The position numbers were made by a program, and so were the translations under genes. DNA of 24,504 nt from contig MGOS01000096.1 of the NCBI GenBank assembly GCA_001797185.1, positions 3,448 to 27,951 of the forward strand. The letters are read 5' to 3'. The stretch comes from Clostridiales bacterium GWB2_37_7 (lineage in GTDB: Bacteria; Bacillota; Clostridia; Lutisporales; Lutisporaceae). Below, one piece after another: positions 1-7,778 of this stretch (positions are counted from its first letter, which is position 1; every line of letters begins with the position of its first letter). The notes under the pieces are model-generated. The model had not been told where the DNA came from and did no database searches. It saw only the letters and a program-made list of their open reading frames with translations.

Positions 1-159
1 TATCCCGAATACATATTCGTATTATATGTAATTTTATCAAAAAATAAGCTATATATGCCGTGAAAATGTTTCGCACTATTTGAAACCAATGTAAAATGTT
101 TAGCGCGAAACATATAGCATTTATGCAAAAGCATAAATGCATCGCAAATTTTATTTTAA

Positions 160-1047
160 TTAAAGTGCCTTTTTTCGCATTAATAAACCGCCTACTCTTG
201 TATCAAAGGCCACTCCCAAACCTACAAAGAATACTGTTATGGCAGCAAGTGCACCTAGCATAGGTATCATTCCCAAAGCATTAACGACTACAAAGCCTAT
301 TAATAGGTGTATATAGACGGCGTTTCTACCTTCTACCGCAGCAGCAATCCTCTGACCCAAGGCTATATAAACTGCTGTAGTACTGATTAGTGCAACAAGC
401 ATAAAGGCAAATATAAGCAGTATAGCCGGAATAATTCCTATAATTGTTATCATTAATACTGGAATTAATAATATAAAGATCAGCATCACCAACAAGCCTA
501 TACCCAAAAGTCGTCCTATGCCACGTTGGCTGCTATGCACCATTTGTCTTACTCGATCTGGCAAAATCAATATAACTAAACAGGACAGACCATATACAAC
601 CATCATTCCTATTACCGAGCCAAAGCTTATGCTCGGTATTACATCAAAGCCCTTTGGTATAAATCCTGCTTTGGTGTCAGCAACTTCACCTCTGACTACT
701 GCACCTTGTTCTCTATTTACACTGCCAAATACACCAACAGCATCGCCGCCAACAACGGCGTCTTTGTGCACATTAACGTTGCCAAATACAGCTACTATAT
801 CGCCATTTGCTTCTCCATATAAATCAACATTTCCAAAGACCGCTACGACATCCCCTCTAACAGCACCTTTGATCTCAAGATTGCCAAACACTGTTACAGC
901 ATCGCCGGATACGATATCCCCAGAGGGTATTACTTCATTGTCAAATATTGTAATATTATCTCCATTATTAATATCCAAACTGAATGCACTGAACATTAGC
1001 AATGTTATGGCTAGTAATGCGATATATATTAAATTTTTACTTTTCAT
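160..1047 (-). CDS. membrane protein with an N-terminal signal/TM segment, a bactofilin-like (polymer-forming) beta-helix repeat region and a C-terminal multi-TM domain; last gene of the ECF sigma operon
   Basis: 295-aa ORF. GGAGG lies 6 nt upstream of the ATG at 1047. The repeated pattern GDxVxVFGNxxxxG (GDAVTVFGNLEIKG, GDVVAVFGNVDLYG, GDIVAVFGNVNVHK, GDAVGVFGSVN) is typical of bactofilin/DUF583-like repeats. The C-terminal half is hydrophobic. Confidence 0.6.
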   Translation of the reverse strand: MKSKNLIYIALLAITLLMFSAFSLDINNGDNITIFDNEVIPSGDIVSGDAVTVFGNLEIKGAVRGDVVAVFGNVDLYGEANGDIVAVFGNVNVHKDAVVGGDAVGVFGSVNREQGAVVRGEVADTKAGFIPKGFDVIPSISFGSVIGMMVVYGLSCLVILILPDRVRQMVHSSQRGIGRLLGIGLLVMLIFILLIPVLMITIIGIIPAILLIFAFMLVALISTTAVYIALGQRIAAAVEGRNAVYIHLLIGFVVVNALGMIPMLGALAAITVFFVGLGVAFDTRVGGLLMRKKAL

Positions 1048-1072
1048 AAGAACCTCCTATTTTCAAATAAAT

Positions 1073-1645
1073 TTATTTTAAATCCGCGAAATCACTATTC
1101 TTTTTCATATTTACCTTTCGAACCAACATGAAGCCAACTGCCACAAAAGCAGCAAGCCAGAGAAATATGAACATCGTATATTCTTTAAAAATAATATTTC
1201 TTAAAATCATCAGCTTACCCAAATAAAGGGACATTGCTACAAAGCCATCCTTTGCTTTTTCAATTACAAGGTATATAAACCGAAGCACGCTTTGGAAGGA
1301 AACCAAAGGAGCGCCTCCCATCATAGGAAATATCACAAAAGCTATTATATTGTAAGTAAACACTACCAATCCCATAAAACCCATCAACCAGCATATAAGC
1401 TGTCTTGCGTTTACTTGTAAATGTTTTTGATTTGCAACGGCAGCCATTATATTAGCTGTAAGTTCAAGTGGCGGGTCAATTTCCGGCAGTGTTTCTATTC
1501 CAAATATTGCATCCTTCAATACCTCAAATTCTTCTGCACAGCTAGGGCATTTTTGATTGTGGTGCATGAGTTGTTCTAGCTCTATCTCACTAATATTTCC
1601 ATCAAAATACTTCATTGTTAAATTGTTTATTTGCTTGCATTCCAT
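1073..1645 (-). CDS. anti-sigma factor, zf-HC2 type, membrane anchored
   Basis: It has the H-x3-C-x2-C motif (HHNQKCPSC) near the N-terminus, followed by several TM segments. Its start overlaps the stop of the upstream ECF sigma gene (1627..1645). Confidence 0.75.
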   Translation of the reverse strand: MECKQINNLTMKYFDGNISEIELEQLMHHNQKCPSCAEEFEVLKDAIFGIETLPEIDPPLELTANIMAAVANQKHLQVNARQLICWLMGFMGLVVFTYNIIAFVIFPMMGGAPLVSFQSVLRFIYLVIEKAKDGFVAMSLYLGKLMILRNIIFKEYTMFIFLWLAAFVAVGFMLVRKVNMKKNSDFADLK

Positions 1646-2223
1646 AACTTTTCGCCCTCCTTATCTGCATTGATCAGATATTCCTTCAGCATTTGTCGTG
1701 CTCTATATAATCTGTTTTTCACAATAGTAAGAGATTCACCGGTGATATCCATGATTTCCTGGTAAGATAAATTCCGATGGTGAAAAAGAATAATAAACTC
1801 CTTGTACTTTTCAGGCAGCTTGTTTATAGCATCCAACACCAGCCTTTGATTTTCCTTTCTGATGTACTGTTCTTCTGGAGTTAGCTCATCATCACAAATA
1901 TTAAATTGTTCATCTATAGGCAAATGATCGCCTTTTCTTTTTCTTAGATTGTCTAGACATAAGTTGGTAGTTATTTTCAATGCCCAGGTAGAAAATTTGA
2001 ACTGAGGATTATATCTTGACAGAGAATTATATATCCGAATAAAAGCTTCTTGTGTTACATCTTCGGCTTCTTCACGGTTACCCATCATTCTATATGCGGT
2101 ATTAAATACCAGCTTTTTGTATCTATCAACCAAATGTTCAAATATCCCTATATTACCACCCATGCATTGATTTATAATCTCTAAATCGCTGGCATCCAAT
2201 TTATCGCCACCTTTTCGGTTCAT
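1627..2223 (-). CDS. ECF-type RNA polymerase sigma-70 family factor
   Basis: Region 2 (FEHLVDRYKKLVFNTAYRMMGNREEAEDVTQEAFIRIY, FSTWALKITTN) and region 4 (LPEKYKEFIILFHHRNLSYQEIMDITGESLTIVKNRLYRARQML) are both present. The ATG at 2223 lacks an SD. A TTG at 2199, 7 nt after AAAGGTGG, is a plausible true start. Confidence 0.85.
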   Translation of the reverse strand: MNRKGGDKLDASDLEIINQCMGGNIGIFEHLVDRYKKLVFNTAYRMMGNREEAEDVTQEAFIRIYNSLSRYNPQFKFSTWALKITTNLCLDNLRKRKGDHLPIDEQFNICDDELTPEEQYIRKENQRLVLDAINKLPEKYKEFIILFHHRNLSYQEIMDITGESLTIVKNRLYRARQMLKEYLINADKEGEKLWNASK

Positions 2224-2340
2224 CTACATCTATATACGCGGTCATACAAAATTTGTCTGAAATATAAAAGCAATAAGCTCTGATCCTACTTCAGGATGAC
2301 AGCTACGTGTGGTAATTCTAAAGGCAGTGAAGTGTCTAGA

Positions 2341-2366
2341 AAAAAAAGGCCATAAAAGCCTTTTAT
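2341..2366 (-). terminator. intrinsic terminator after tsaB-rimI
   Basis: The minus strand reads AAAGGC-ttttat-GCCTTT followed by TTTTTTTT. It overlaps the TAA stop at 2363..2365. Confidence 0.6.
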
Positions 2367-3490
2367 TTATACCACATTATCAATGCATCCTCACCAGTAT
2401 CTGTGTAGTAGCCTTTACGTATTCCAACCTCGTCAAAACCCAATTTTTTGTATAGGTTAATTGCAGGTGTATTTGTAACCCTTACCTCTAATGTCAAGCT
2501 ATTTATGCTTTCTCTTTGAGCTGCAGCAATCATGGCTTCTACCACTTTTTCTCCGATTTTTTGACCTCTATAGTCAGGGTGTACTGCTATGTTGGTAATA
2601 TGCGCTTCATCTACAATAAACCACATACCTCCATAGCCCACTACTGTGTCTCCCAATTCAGCCAATACATATCTCGCTCTTTGATTTGTCTGCATCTCTT
2701 CCACAAAGGATTCTCTGGACCAAGGTGTTCTAAAACTTAGCTTTTCAATTTCCCATACATCATCTACATCCTTCAGCTCCATAGGTCTTGTCGTGAGCTC
2801 CTGCTTCTTTTCGTACTCCACCTCTGCCTGTGACTTCCTAATATATACCGGTCTAAAGCTGTAGCAGCTTTCAACAAAGCCATTCTCCTGCATTTGTTGA
2901 GCTATAGCTGCACCTGAACTGGCTCTGGGCTGCAGATGCCCCGGAGGTGCAATCAAAATATTGCTTTTTGTTAAATCTATTTGTTTTAATACCTCTACGC
3001 CGTCTCCTAATATTGCAACCTGTTGGTTCAAAGCTGTAAGCTTATCAACAAGCGCCTTGCCATCAATGACTCTATAGTCCTCAAGCTTAAGCAGCTTATT
3101 ATTCTCCCATTTATACAATCCACTATATACGGCACCTCTCTGAGCGTCCAATGTAGGACATACCAGTCCGTTAAAATTAAACAGGTTATATGCCAATGCA
3201 TCCAAGGTAGGTACTGCCGCTATAGGCTTATTAAATACCTGTGCCATTGTCTTTACGGCAGAGGCACCGATGCGCAAGCCTGTAAAGGATCCCGGACCTG
3301 CCGCACAAGCGTATAAATCAACATCCTCAGGCTTCTTACCGCAGGACTTTAGCATATCATCAATCATAAGCATAAGTCTTTGAGAATGAGTCTTACCGCT
3401 GTTTTGGTTATATTCAGCCAGCAATCTTCCATCTTCCATTAATGCTGTTGTTGCTGTGGCACTAGATGTATCAATGGCTAGTATCAGCAT
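2363..3490 (-). CDS. tsaB: single ORF fusing TsaB (t6A37 tRNA modification, N-terminal ~230 aa) to a RimI-type GNAT N-acetyltransferase (C-terminal ~145 aa)
   Basis: The N-terminus MLILAIDTSS...GPGSFTGLRIG is TsaB/YeaZ-like. The C-terminal part (MELKDVDDVWEIEKLSFRTPWSRESF...VHPDYRGQKIGEKV...LEVRVTNTPAINLYKKLGF) is RimI/GNAT-like. No stop codon separates the two parts. Confidence 0.85.
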   Translation of the reverse strand: MLILAIDTSSATATTALMEDGRLLAEYNQNSGKTHSQRLMLMIDDMLKSCGKKPEDVDLYACAAGPGSFTGLRIGASAVKTMAQVFNKPIAAVPTLDALAYNLFNFNGLVCPTLDAQRGAVYSGLYKWENNKLLKLEDYRVIDGKALVDKLTALNQQVAILGDGVEVLKQIDLTKSNILIAPPGHLQPRASSGAAIAQQMQENGFVESCYSFRPVYIRKSQAEVEYEKKQELTTRPMELKDVDDVWEIEKLSFRTPWSRESFVEEMQTNQRARYVLAELGDTVVGYGGMWFIVDEAHITNIAVHPDYRGQKIGEKVVEAMIAAAQRESINSLTLEVRVTNTPAINLYKKLGFDEVGIRKGYYTDTGEDALIMWYK

Positions 3491-3947
3491 ACTGCATCAA
3501 CTCCTCAACAATGTTTTGATATCTTTCTCCTGAGGCATCAAATATTATTTCTCTTGAATCCTCTTCATTGCTTCTTAATATTGTAACCCATAATCTCTCC
3601 TGGGGAATGATATCCTTGACTATATCCGCCCATTCTATCACGACGGCTCCGTCTCCGAAGAAATATTCTTCATAACCCAGTTCATACATTTCCTCCACAC
3701 CCTCCAGCCTATATACATCAAAGTGAAAAAGAGGTATGCTGCCATTGTACTCATTTATTATTGTATATGTAGGACTTGTGATAAATTCTTTTACATCCAA
3801 GCCTGCTCCAATTCCTTTTGTAAAAGCTGTCTTACCGGCTCCCAAGTCGCCTGTAAGACATATAATATCCCCTTGCTGAAGGTTCTTGCCTAACTTTTCT
3901 CCCAGCTTGTAGGTTTGCTCTGCACTTTTTGAAATGATTCTTAGCAT
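3471..3947 (-). CDS. tsaE: tRNA t6A37 biosynthesis ATPase TsaE
   Basis: 158 aa with P-loop GDLGAGKT and the SPTYTI and HFDVYRL motifs. It overlaps the tsaB start by 20 nt. GGAGGG lies upstream of the ATG. Confidence 0.9.
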   Translation of the reverse strand: MLRIISKSAEQTYKLGEKLGKNLQQGDIICLTGDLGAGKTAFTKGIGAGLDVKEFITSPTYTIINEYNGSIPLFHFDVYRLEGVEEMYELGYEEYFFGDGAVVIEWADIVKDIIPQERLWVTILRSNEEDSREIIFDASGERYQNIVEELMQYADTSH

Positions 3948-4071
3948 TCGTTACCCTCCAAGAAATTGAAGGCTATCGCCTCCAATTATAATTATATTGC
4001 GGAACGCTGTGGGCAACGTCCGCTACTAGTCATATTATATCCGTTTTATTTTAAATTGTACATATTACCCA

Positions 4072-4130
4072 ATTCAAAAGCCTCATAGCTTAGTATTCAA
4101 TAAAAATACTAAGCTATGAGGCTCTTTTTA
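4072..4130 (-). terminator. long bidirectional-looking terminator hairpin after ribU
   Basis: GCCTCATAGCTTAGTAT (4080..4096) pairs perfectly with ATACTAAGCTATGAGGC (4106..4122). The hairpin is flanked by an A-run on one side and a T-run on the other. Confidence 0.7.
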
Positions 4131-4140
4131 AAGCATATTA

Positions 4141-4683
4141 TTATTTCTTATGAAGTATTGGTGACAGTCTCTTATAAATAAGTATTGTAATAAATGATAT
4201 AATAATACCTTTTATCATGTTGAAAGGTACTGTTGTAGACCAAATCAAGCCTAAAGTATCCGGTGATGGTGCTGTTCCTAAGTAGAATGGCAGCAAGATG
4301 TAGTAATTAGCCAAAGCCATGACAGCGGTCATAACAACTGTACCAACAGCCAAGCCTAAAACAGCTGATTTCTTATTCTTGCTTTTGAAGTATATCATAC
4401 TGGAAGCGAGAACAAAGGAAGCTCCTGTCAAGAAATTGGCTAGTTCTCCTACTCCACCTGTTTCTGTTTTTGTTATAAGGTGAAGAACGTTCTTAACAAG
4501 CTCTATAACCACGCCTGCGATGGGTCCAAAAGCAAAGGCGCCCACTATAGCAGGTATATCGCTTAAGTCAATCTTTAAGTATGGTGGAAAAAATGGCAGC
4601 GGGAATTCTAAAAACATAATCATATATGATAATGCTGATAACACCCCTATTTTTGTCATTAACTGAAGTTTTGAATTTCTCAT
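4141..4683 (-). CDS. ribU: ECF transporter S component, riboflavin-type (RibU-like)
   Basis: A ~180-aa polytopic membrane protein starting MRNSKLQLMTKIGVLSALSYMIMFLEFPLPF. GGGAGGA lies 7 nt upstream of the ATG at 4683. An FMN riboswitch sits directly upstream. The longer ORF start at 4749 would run through the riboswitch terminator, so I reject it. Confidence 0.8.
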   Translation of the reverse strand: MRNSKLQLMTKIGVLSALSYMIMFLEFPLPFFPPYLKIDLSDIPAIVGAFAFGPIAGVVIELVKNVLHLITKTETGGVGELANFLTGASFVLASSMIYFKSKNKKSAVLGLAVGTVVMTAVMALANYYILLPFYLGTAPSPDTLGLIWSTTVPFNMIKGIIISFITILIYKRLSPILHKK

Positions 4684-4704
4684 AATTATTCCTCCCAAAA
4701 TACA

Positions 4705-4738
4705 TATAAAAAAGTCCCTGATGTATACTTCAGGGACA
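4705..4738 (-). terminator. FMN riboswitch expression platform (attenuator terminator)
   Basis: The minus strand reads GTCCCTG-aagtatacat-CAGGGAC followed by TTTTTTAT. It lies between the aptamer and the ribU RBS. Confidence 0.7.
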
Positions 4739-4751
4739 TAAATAGTCATAC

Positions 4752-4878
4752 AACTATCTCATCTTCTTCCATCCAGACTTTACTGTCGGCTTCGGAATTT
4801 AACCGAATCTGCACTGCTACGCACTGCTCGCGGGCTTTACCGCCGGTAGGGAATTACACCCCTCCCTGAAGATTGTTA
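4752..4878 (-). ncRNA. FMN (RFN) riboswitch aptamer
   Basis: The minus strand reads TCTTCAGGGAGGGGTGTAATTCCCTACCGGCGGTAAAGCCCGCGAGC...GGTTAAATTCCGAAGCCGACAGTAAAGTCTGGATGGAAGAAG. This matches the highly conserved RFN element core strings. Confidence 0.9.
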
Positions 4879-4899
4879 GGTTATTAACTTTTCAAATAT

Positions 4900-4928
4900 A
4901 TTATAGCTTCTTTTTTTATAAAAGTAAA
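4900..4928 (-). promoter_or_regulatory. candidate sigma-A promoter for the FMN riboswitch-ribU transcript
   Basis: Minus strand: TTTACT (4928..4923), 17-nt spacer, TATAAT (4905..4900). Confidence 0.5.
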
Positions 4929-4942
4929 TAGTGTTTTCTATT

Positions 4943-7093
4943 CTAGTTCAGGCCCTTCATGCTGAGACTTATTCTGTTTCTGTCTAAATCTACATCCAGC
5001 ACCTTGACCTTGACAATATCCCCTACCTTAACAACTTCCATAGGGTTTTTAACAAATCTGTCCGCCATTTCAGATATGTGCACCAATCCATCCTGGTGCA
5101 CACCGATATCCACGAAGGCACCGAAGTCTATAACGTTTCTTATGGTACCTGTAAGCATCATATCCTTTCTAAGATCCTTCATTTCCATTACATCAGTCAT
5201 AAATATTGGCTTAGGCATTTCATCTCTAGGGTCGCGGCCCGGCTTTTGAAGCTCTGCAATGATATCTCTCAAGGTAGGCACACCTACGCCCAGTTCCTCA
5301 GCTATATGATTGATATCTGCTTTGCCAAGCTCTATGGCTACTGACTGCAATTCCTTTGTTTTCATTTTCTTAAGGCTGCTTCCTGTCTTTGCTATAAGCT
5401 GTTCTGTTGCTTCATAGGACTCAGGATGTACGCCTGTATTGTCCAGCACATTGCTGCTTTCCTTTATTCTCAAGAAGCCTGCACACTGTTCAAAGGCTTT
5501 GTCTCCCAGCTTCTTAACCTTCTTTATCTCTTTTCTGCTCTTAAAGGCGCCATTTTCCTCTCTATATGCTACTATATTTTTTGCAATACTGGAGTTGATA
5601 CCGGAAATGTAGGATAGCAATGAAGCAGATGCTGTATTCAGATCAACGCCTACACTGTTCACGCAATCCTCTACAACTCCCTTGAGTGCTTCTGACAGCT
5701 TCTTTTGGGACACATCATGCTGATATTGCCCTACCCCGATGGATTGTGGATCAATCTTTACCAGCTCTGCCAAGGGATCTTGAAGTCTTCTTGCTATAGA
5801 AATCGCCCCTCTTAGAGACACATTTATATCCGGATACTCTTGTGCTGCCAGCTCAGAAGCAGAGTAAACAGATGCTCCTGCTTCATTTACAACTATATAA
5901 TGAAGCTCCATATCTATTTCCTTAATTATTTCTGCACAAATCAACTCTGACTCTCTAGAAGCTGTACCATTTCCCAGTGATATTACAGAAACATGGTGCT
6001 TTGTTATGAGTGACTTTAACTCTTGCTTTGTCTTTTCCACCTGATTTAGAGGAGGTGTGGGATAAACTGTAGTTGTATCCAGGAGCTTCCCTGTCTCGTC
6101 TACAACAGCAATTTTGCAGCCTGTTCTATAAGCAGGGTCATAGCCCATTACAGCTTTTCCTTTTATAGGGGGCTGCAAAAGTAAACTGCCTAGATTGGTG
6201 CCGAATACTTTGATTGCCTGCTCCTCTGCCTTCTCTGTCAGTTCATTTCTGATCTCCCTCTCTATAGATGGAGCAATCAACCTGCTGTAAGCATCTTTAA
6301 CGGTATCCACCAACAGCTGCTTATAGGGTGATTCTTTTACCAATACCTGATTGCTTAAATAGTTCAGTATATTTTCGATTGGGGCATCTATTTTTACTGA
6401 TAAAAACTTTTCTTTTTCTCCTCTGTTAAGCGCCAATACTCTATGCAATGCAACTTTAAAAATTGGCTCACTGTAATCGTAGTACATCTGGTATTCAGAC
6501 CTGTCCTCAGTGGTACCTTTACTTACGATCATTCCATTTCTATATGTCGTATTTCGAATATCCTTTCTAAACTCTGCGCTATCGGATATCGTCTCTGCTA
6601 TGATATCCGACGCTCCCTGCATTGCATCCTGCAACGTCTTTACACCCAGTTCTTCATTTATATACTCTGATGCAATTTCCTCGATTGATCTTTCTGATAT
6701 TTCCTGCTTCCAAATAATATCTGCCAAGGGCTCTAAGCCACGTTCCTTTGCAATGGTTGCTCGAGTCCGCTTCTTTTGCTTATAGGGTCTATATAAGTCC
6801 TCTACCTCAGACAATATTTCTGCTTTTTGGATGGCAGCTCTGAGCTCCTCAGTCAGCTTGCCTTGCTCCTCAATAATTCTTATAACATCCTGCTTTCTTT
6901 CCTCAAGGCTTCTCAAATAGATCAGTCTTTCATGCAAGTCACGAAGAACGGTGTCAGAAAGTTCTCCCGTTAATTCCTTTCTATATCTTGCGATGAAGGG
7001 TATTGTATTTCCATCATCTATAAGCTTGATGGTGCTCTCTACCTGCCAAGGTTTAACACTCAGCTCCTTAGCCAATTTTTCTATAATGTCCAT
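4943..7093 (-). CDS. tex: Tex-like transcription accessory protein with C-terminal S1 RNA-binding domain
   Basis: 716 aa. The N-terminus (IPFIARYRKE) is Tex-like, the centre is YqgF/HhH-like, and the C-terminus is an S1 domain (GTIRNVIDFGAFVDIGVHQDGLVHISE). Confidence 0.9.
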   Translation of the reverse strand: MDIIEKLAKELSVKPWQVESTIKLIDDGNTIPFIARYRKELTGELSDTVLRDLHERLIYLRSLEERKQDVIRIIEEQGKLTEELRAAIQKAEILSEVEDLYRPYKQKKRTRATIAKERGLEPLADIIWKQEISERSIEEIASEYINEELGVKTLQDAMQGASDIIAETISDSAEFRKDIRNTTYRNGMIVSKGTTEDRSEYQMYYDYSEPIFKVALHRVLALNRGEKEKFLSVKIDAPIENILNYLSNQVLVKESPYKQLLVDTVKDAYSRLIAPSIEREIRNELTEKAEEQAIKVFGTNLGSLLLQPPIKGKAVMGYDPAYRTGCKIAVVDETGKLLDTTTVYPTPPLNQVEKTKQELKSLITKHHVSVISLGNGTASRESELICAEIIKEIDMELHYIVVNEAGASVYSASELAAQEYPDINVSLRGAISIARRLQDPLAELVKIDPQSIGVGQYQHDVSQKKLSEALKGVVEDCVNSVGVDLNTASASLLSYISGINSSIAKNIVAYREENGAFKSRKEIKKVKKLGDKAFEQCAGFLRIKESSNVLDNTGVHPESYEATEQLIAKTGSSLKKMKTKELQSVAIELGKADINHIAEELGVGVPTLRDIIAELQKPGRDPRDEMPKPIFMTDVMEMKDLRKDMMLTGTIRNVIDFGAFVDIGVHQDGLVHISEMADRFVKNPMEVVKVGDIVKVKVLDVDLDRNRISLSMKGLN

Positions 7094-7300
7094 AAAACTC
7101 CTCCTAGTTATCTTTAGTAAAACTTAATAGTACCTATTCTTTGTTTTATAAGGAATAAATTTACCTACATTAATATATTAACTCTTTTTGCTAATTTTTT
7201 CTACATACATTGCAATGCTTTGCGTTGGTTGCTAGGTTGTATATTTTTTTGCCCTATGTTAGTATATCAATAAACATAATTTAGTAACAGGAGGGTACTT

Positions 7301-7741
7301 ATGCAACATCAAAAGATGTATATTGTAGATTCGAAAATACTTTCAGATGTATATGAAAAGGTTATAGAAGTCAAAGACTTACTTCGCAGCGGGGATGCTG
7401 TAACCATACAACAGGCTTGTAAAAAAGTAGGCCTAAGCAGAAGTGCTTTTTATAAATATAAAGACAGTGTCTTTGACTTTATGTCCAGCGAAAAGGGCAA
7501 AATGCTTATTTTATTTATGGTTTTGCGTCATGCTCCCGGCGTATTGTCTGATATTATAAATACCATTGCCTCTGTAAAGGGCAATATACTTACCATTAAT
7601 CAAACAATGCCTATTATGGATTCTGCCACACTAACTGCTACAGTCGATATGAAAGCCATGGAGATCAATCCCGAGGAGCTGGTGCAGCTCCTCATGTCCT
7701 GCAAAGGCTGCAGAAAAGTTGATATTATAGGAATGGAATGA
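7301..7741 (+). CDS. ACT domain-containing protein (UPF0735 / PheB-like)
   Basis: 146 aa with an N-terminal HTH-like segment (ACKKVGLSRSAFYKYKD) and a C-terminal ACT fold (LILFMVLRHAPGVLSDIINTIASVKGNILTINQ). AGGAGGG lies 7 nt upstream of the ATG. This is the only supported plus-strand gene. Confidence 0.8.
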   Translation: MQHQKMYIVDSKILSDVYEKVIEVKDLLRSGDAVTIQQACKKVGLSRSAFYKYKDSVFDFMSSEKGKMLILFMVLRHAPGVLSDIINTIASVKGNILTINQTMPIMDSATLTATVDMKAMEINPEELVQLLMSCKGCRKVDIIGME

Positions 7742-7747
7742 ATACAT

Positions 7748-7777
7748 CAAAAAAAGCTGCATAAGCAGCTTTTTTAT
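7748..7777. terminator. bidirectional intrinsic terminator between the convergent ACT gene and chemoreceptor gene
   Basis: AGCTGC-ataa-GCAGCT (7755..7770) is flanked by AAAAAAA on the left and TTTTTATTTT on the right. Confidence 0.75.
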
Positions 7778-7778
7778 T

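Noticed and set aside
4684-4749. Longer ribU ORF starting at 4749
   Set aside because: It would be translated through the riboswitch terminator hairpin (4705..4738). The ATG at 4683 has a proper GGGAGGA SD.
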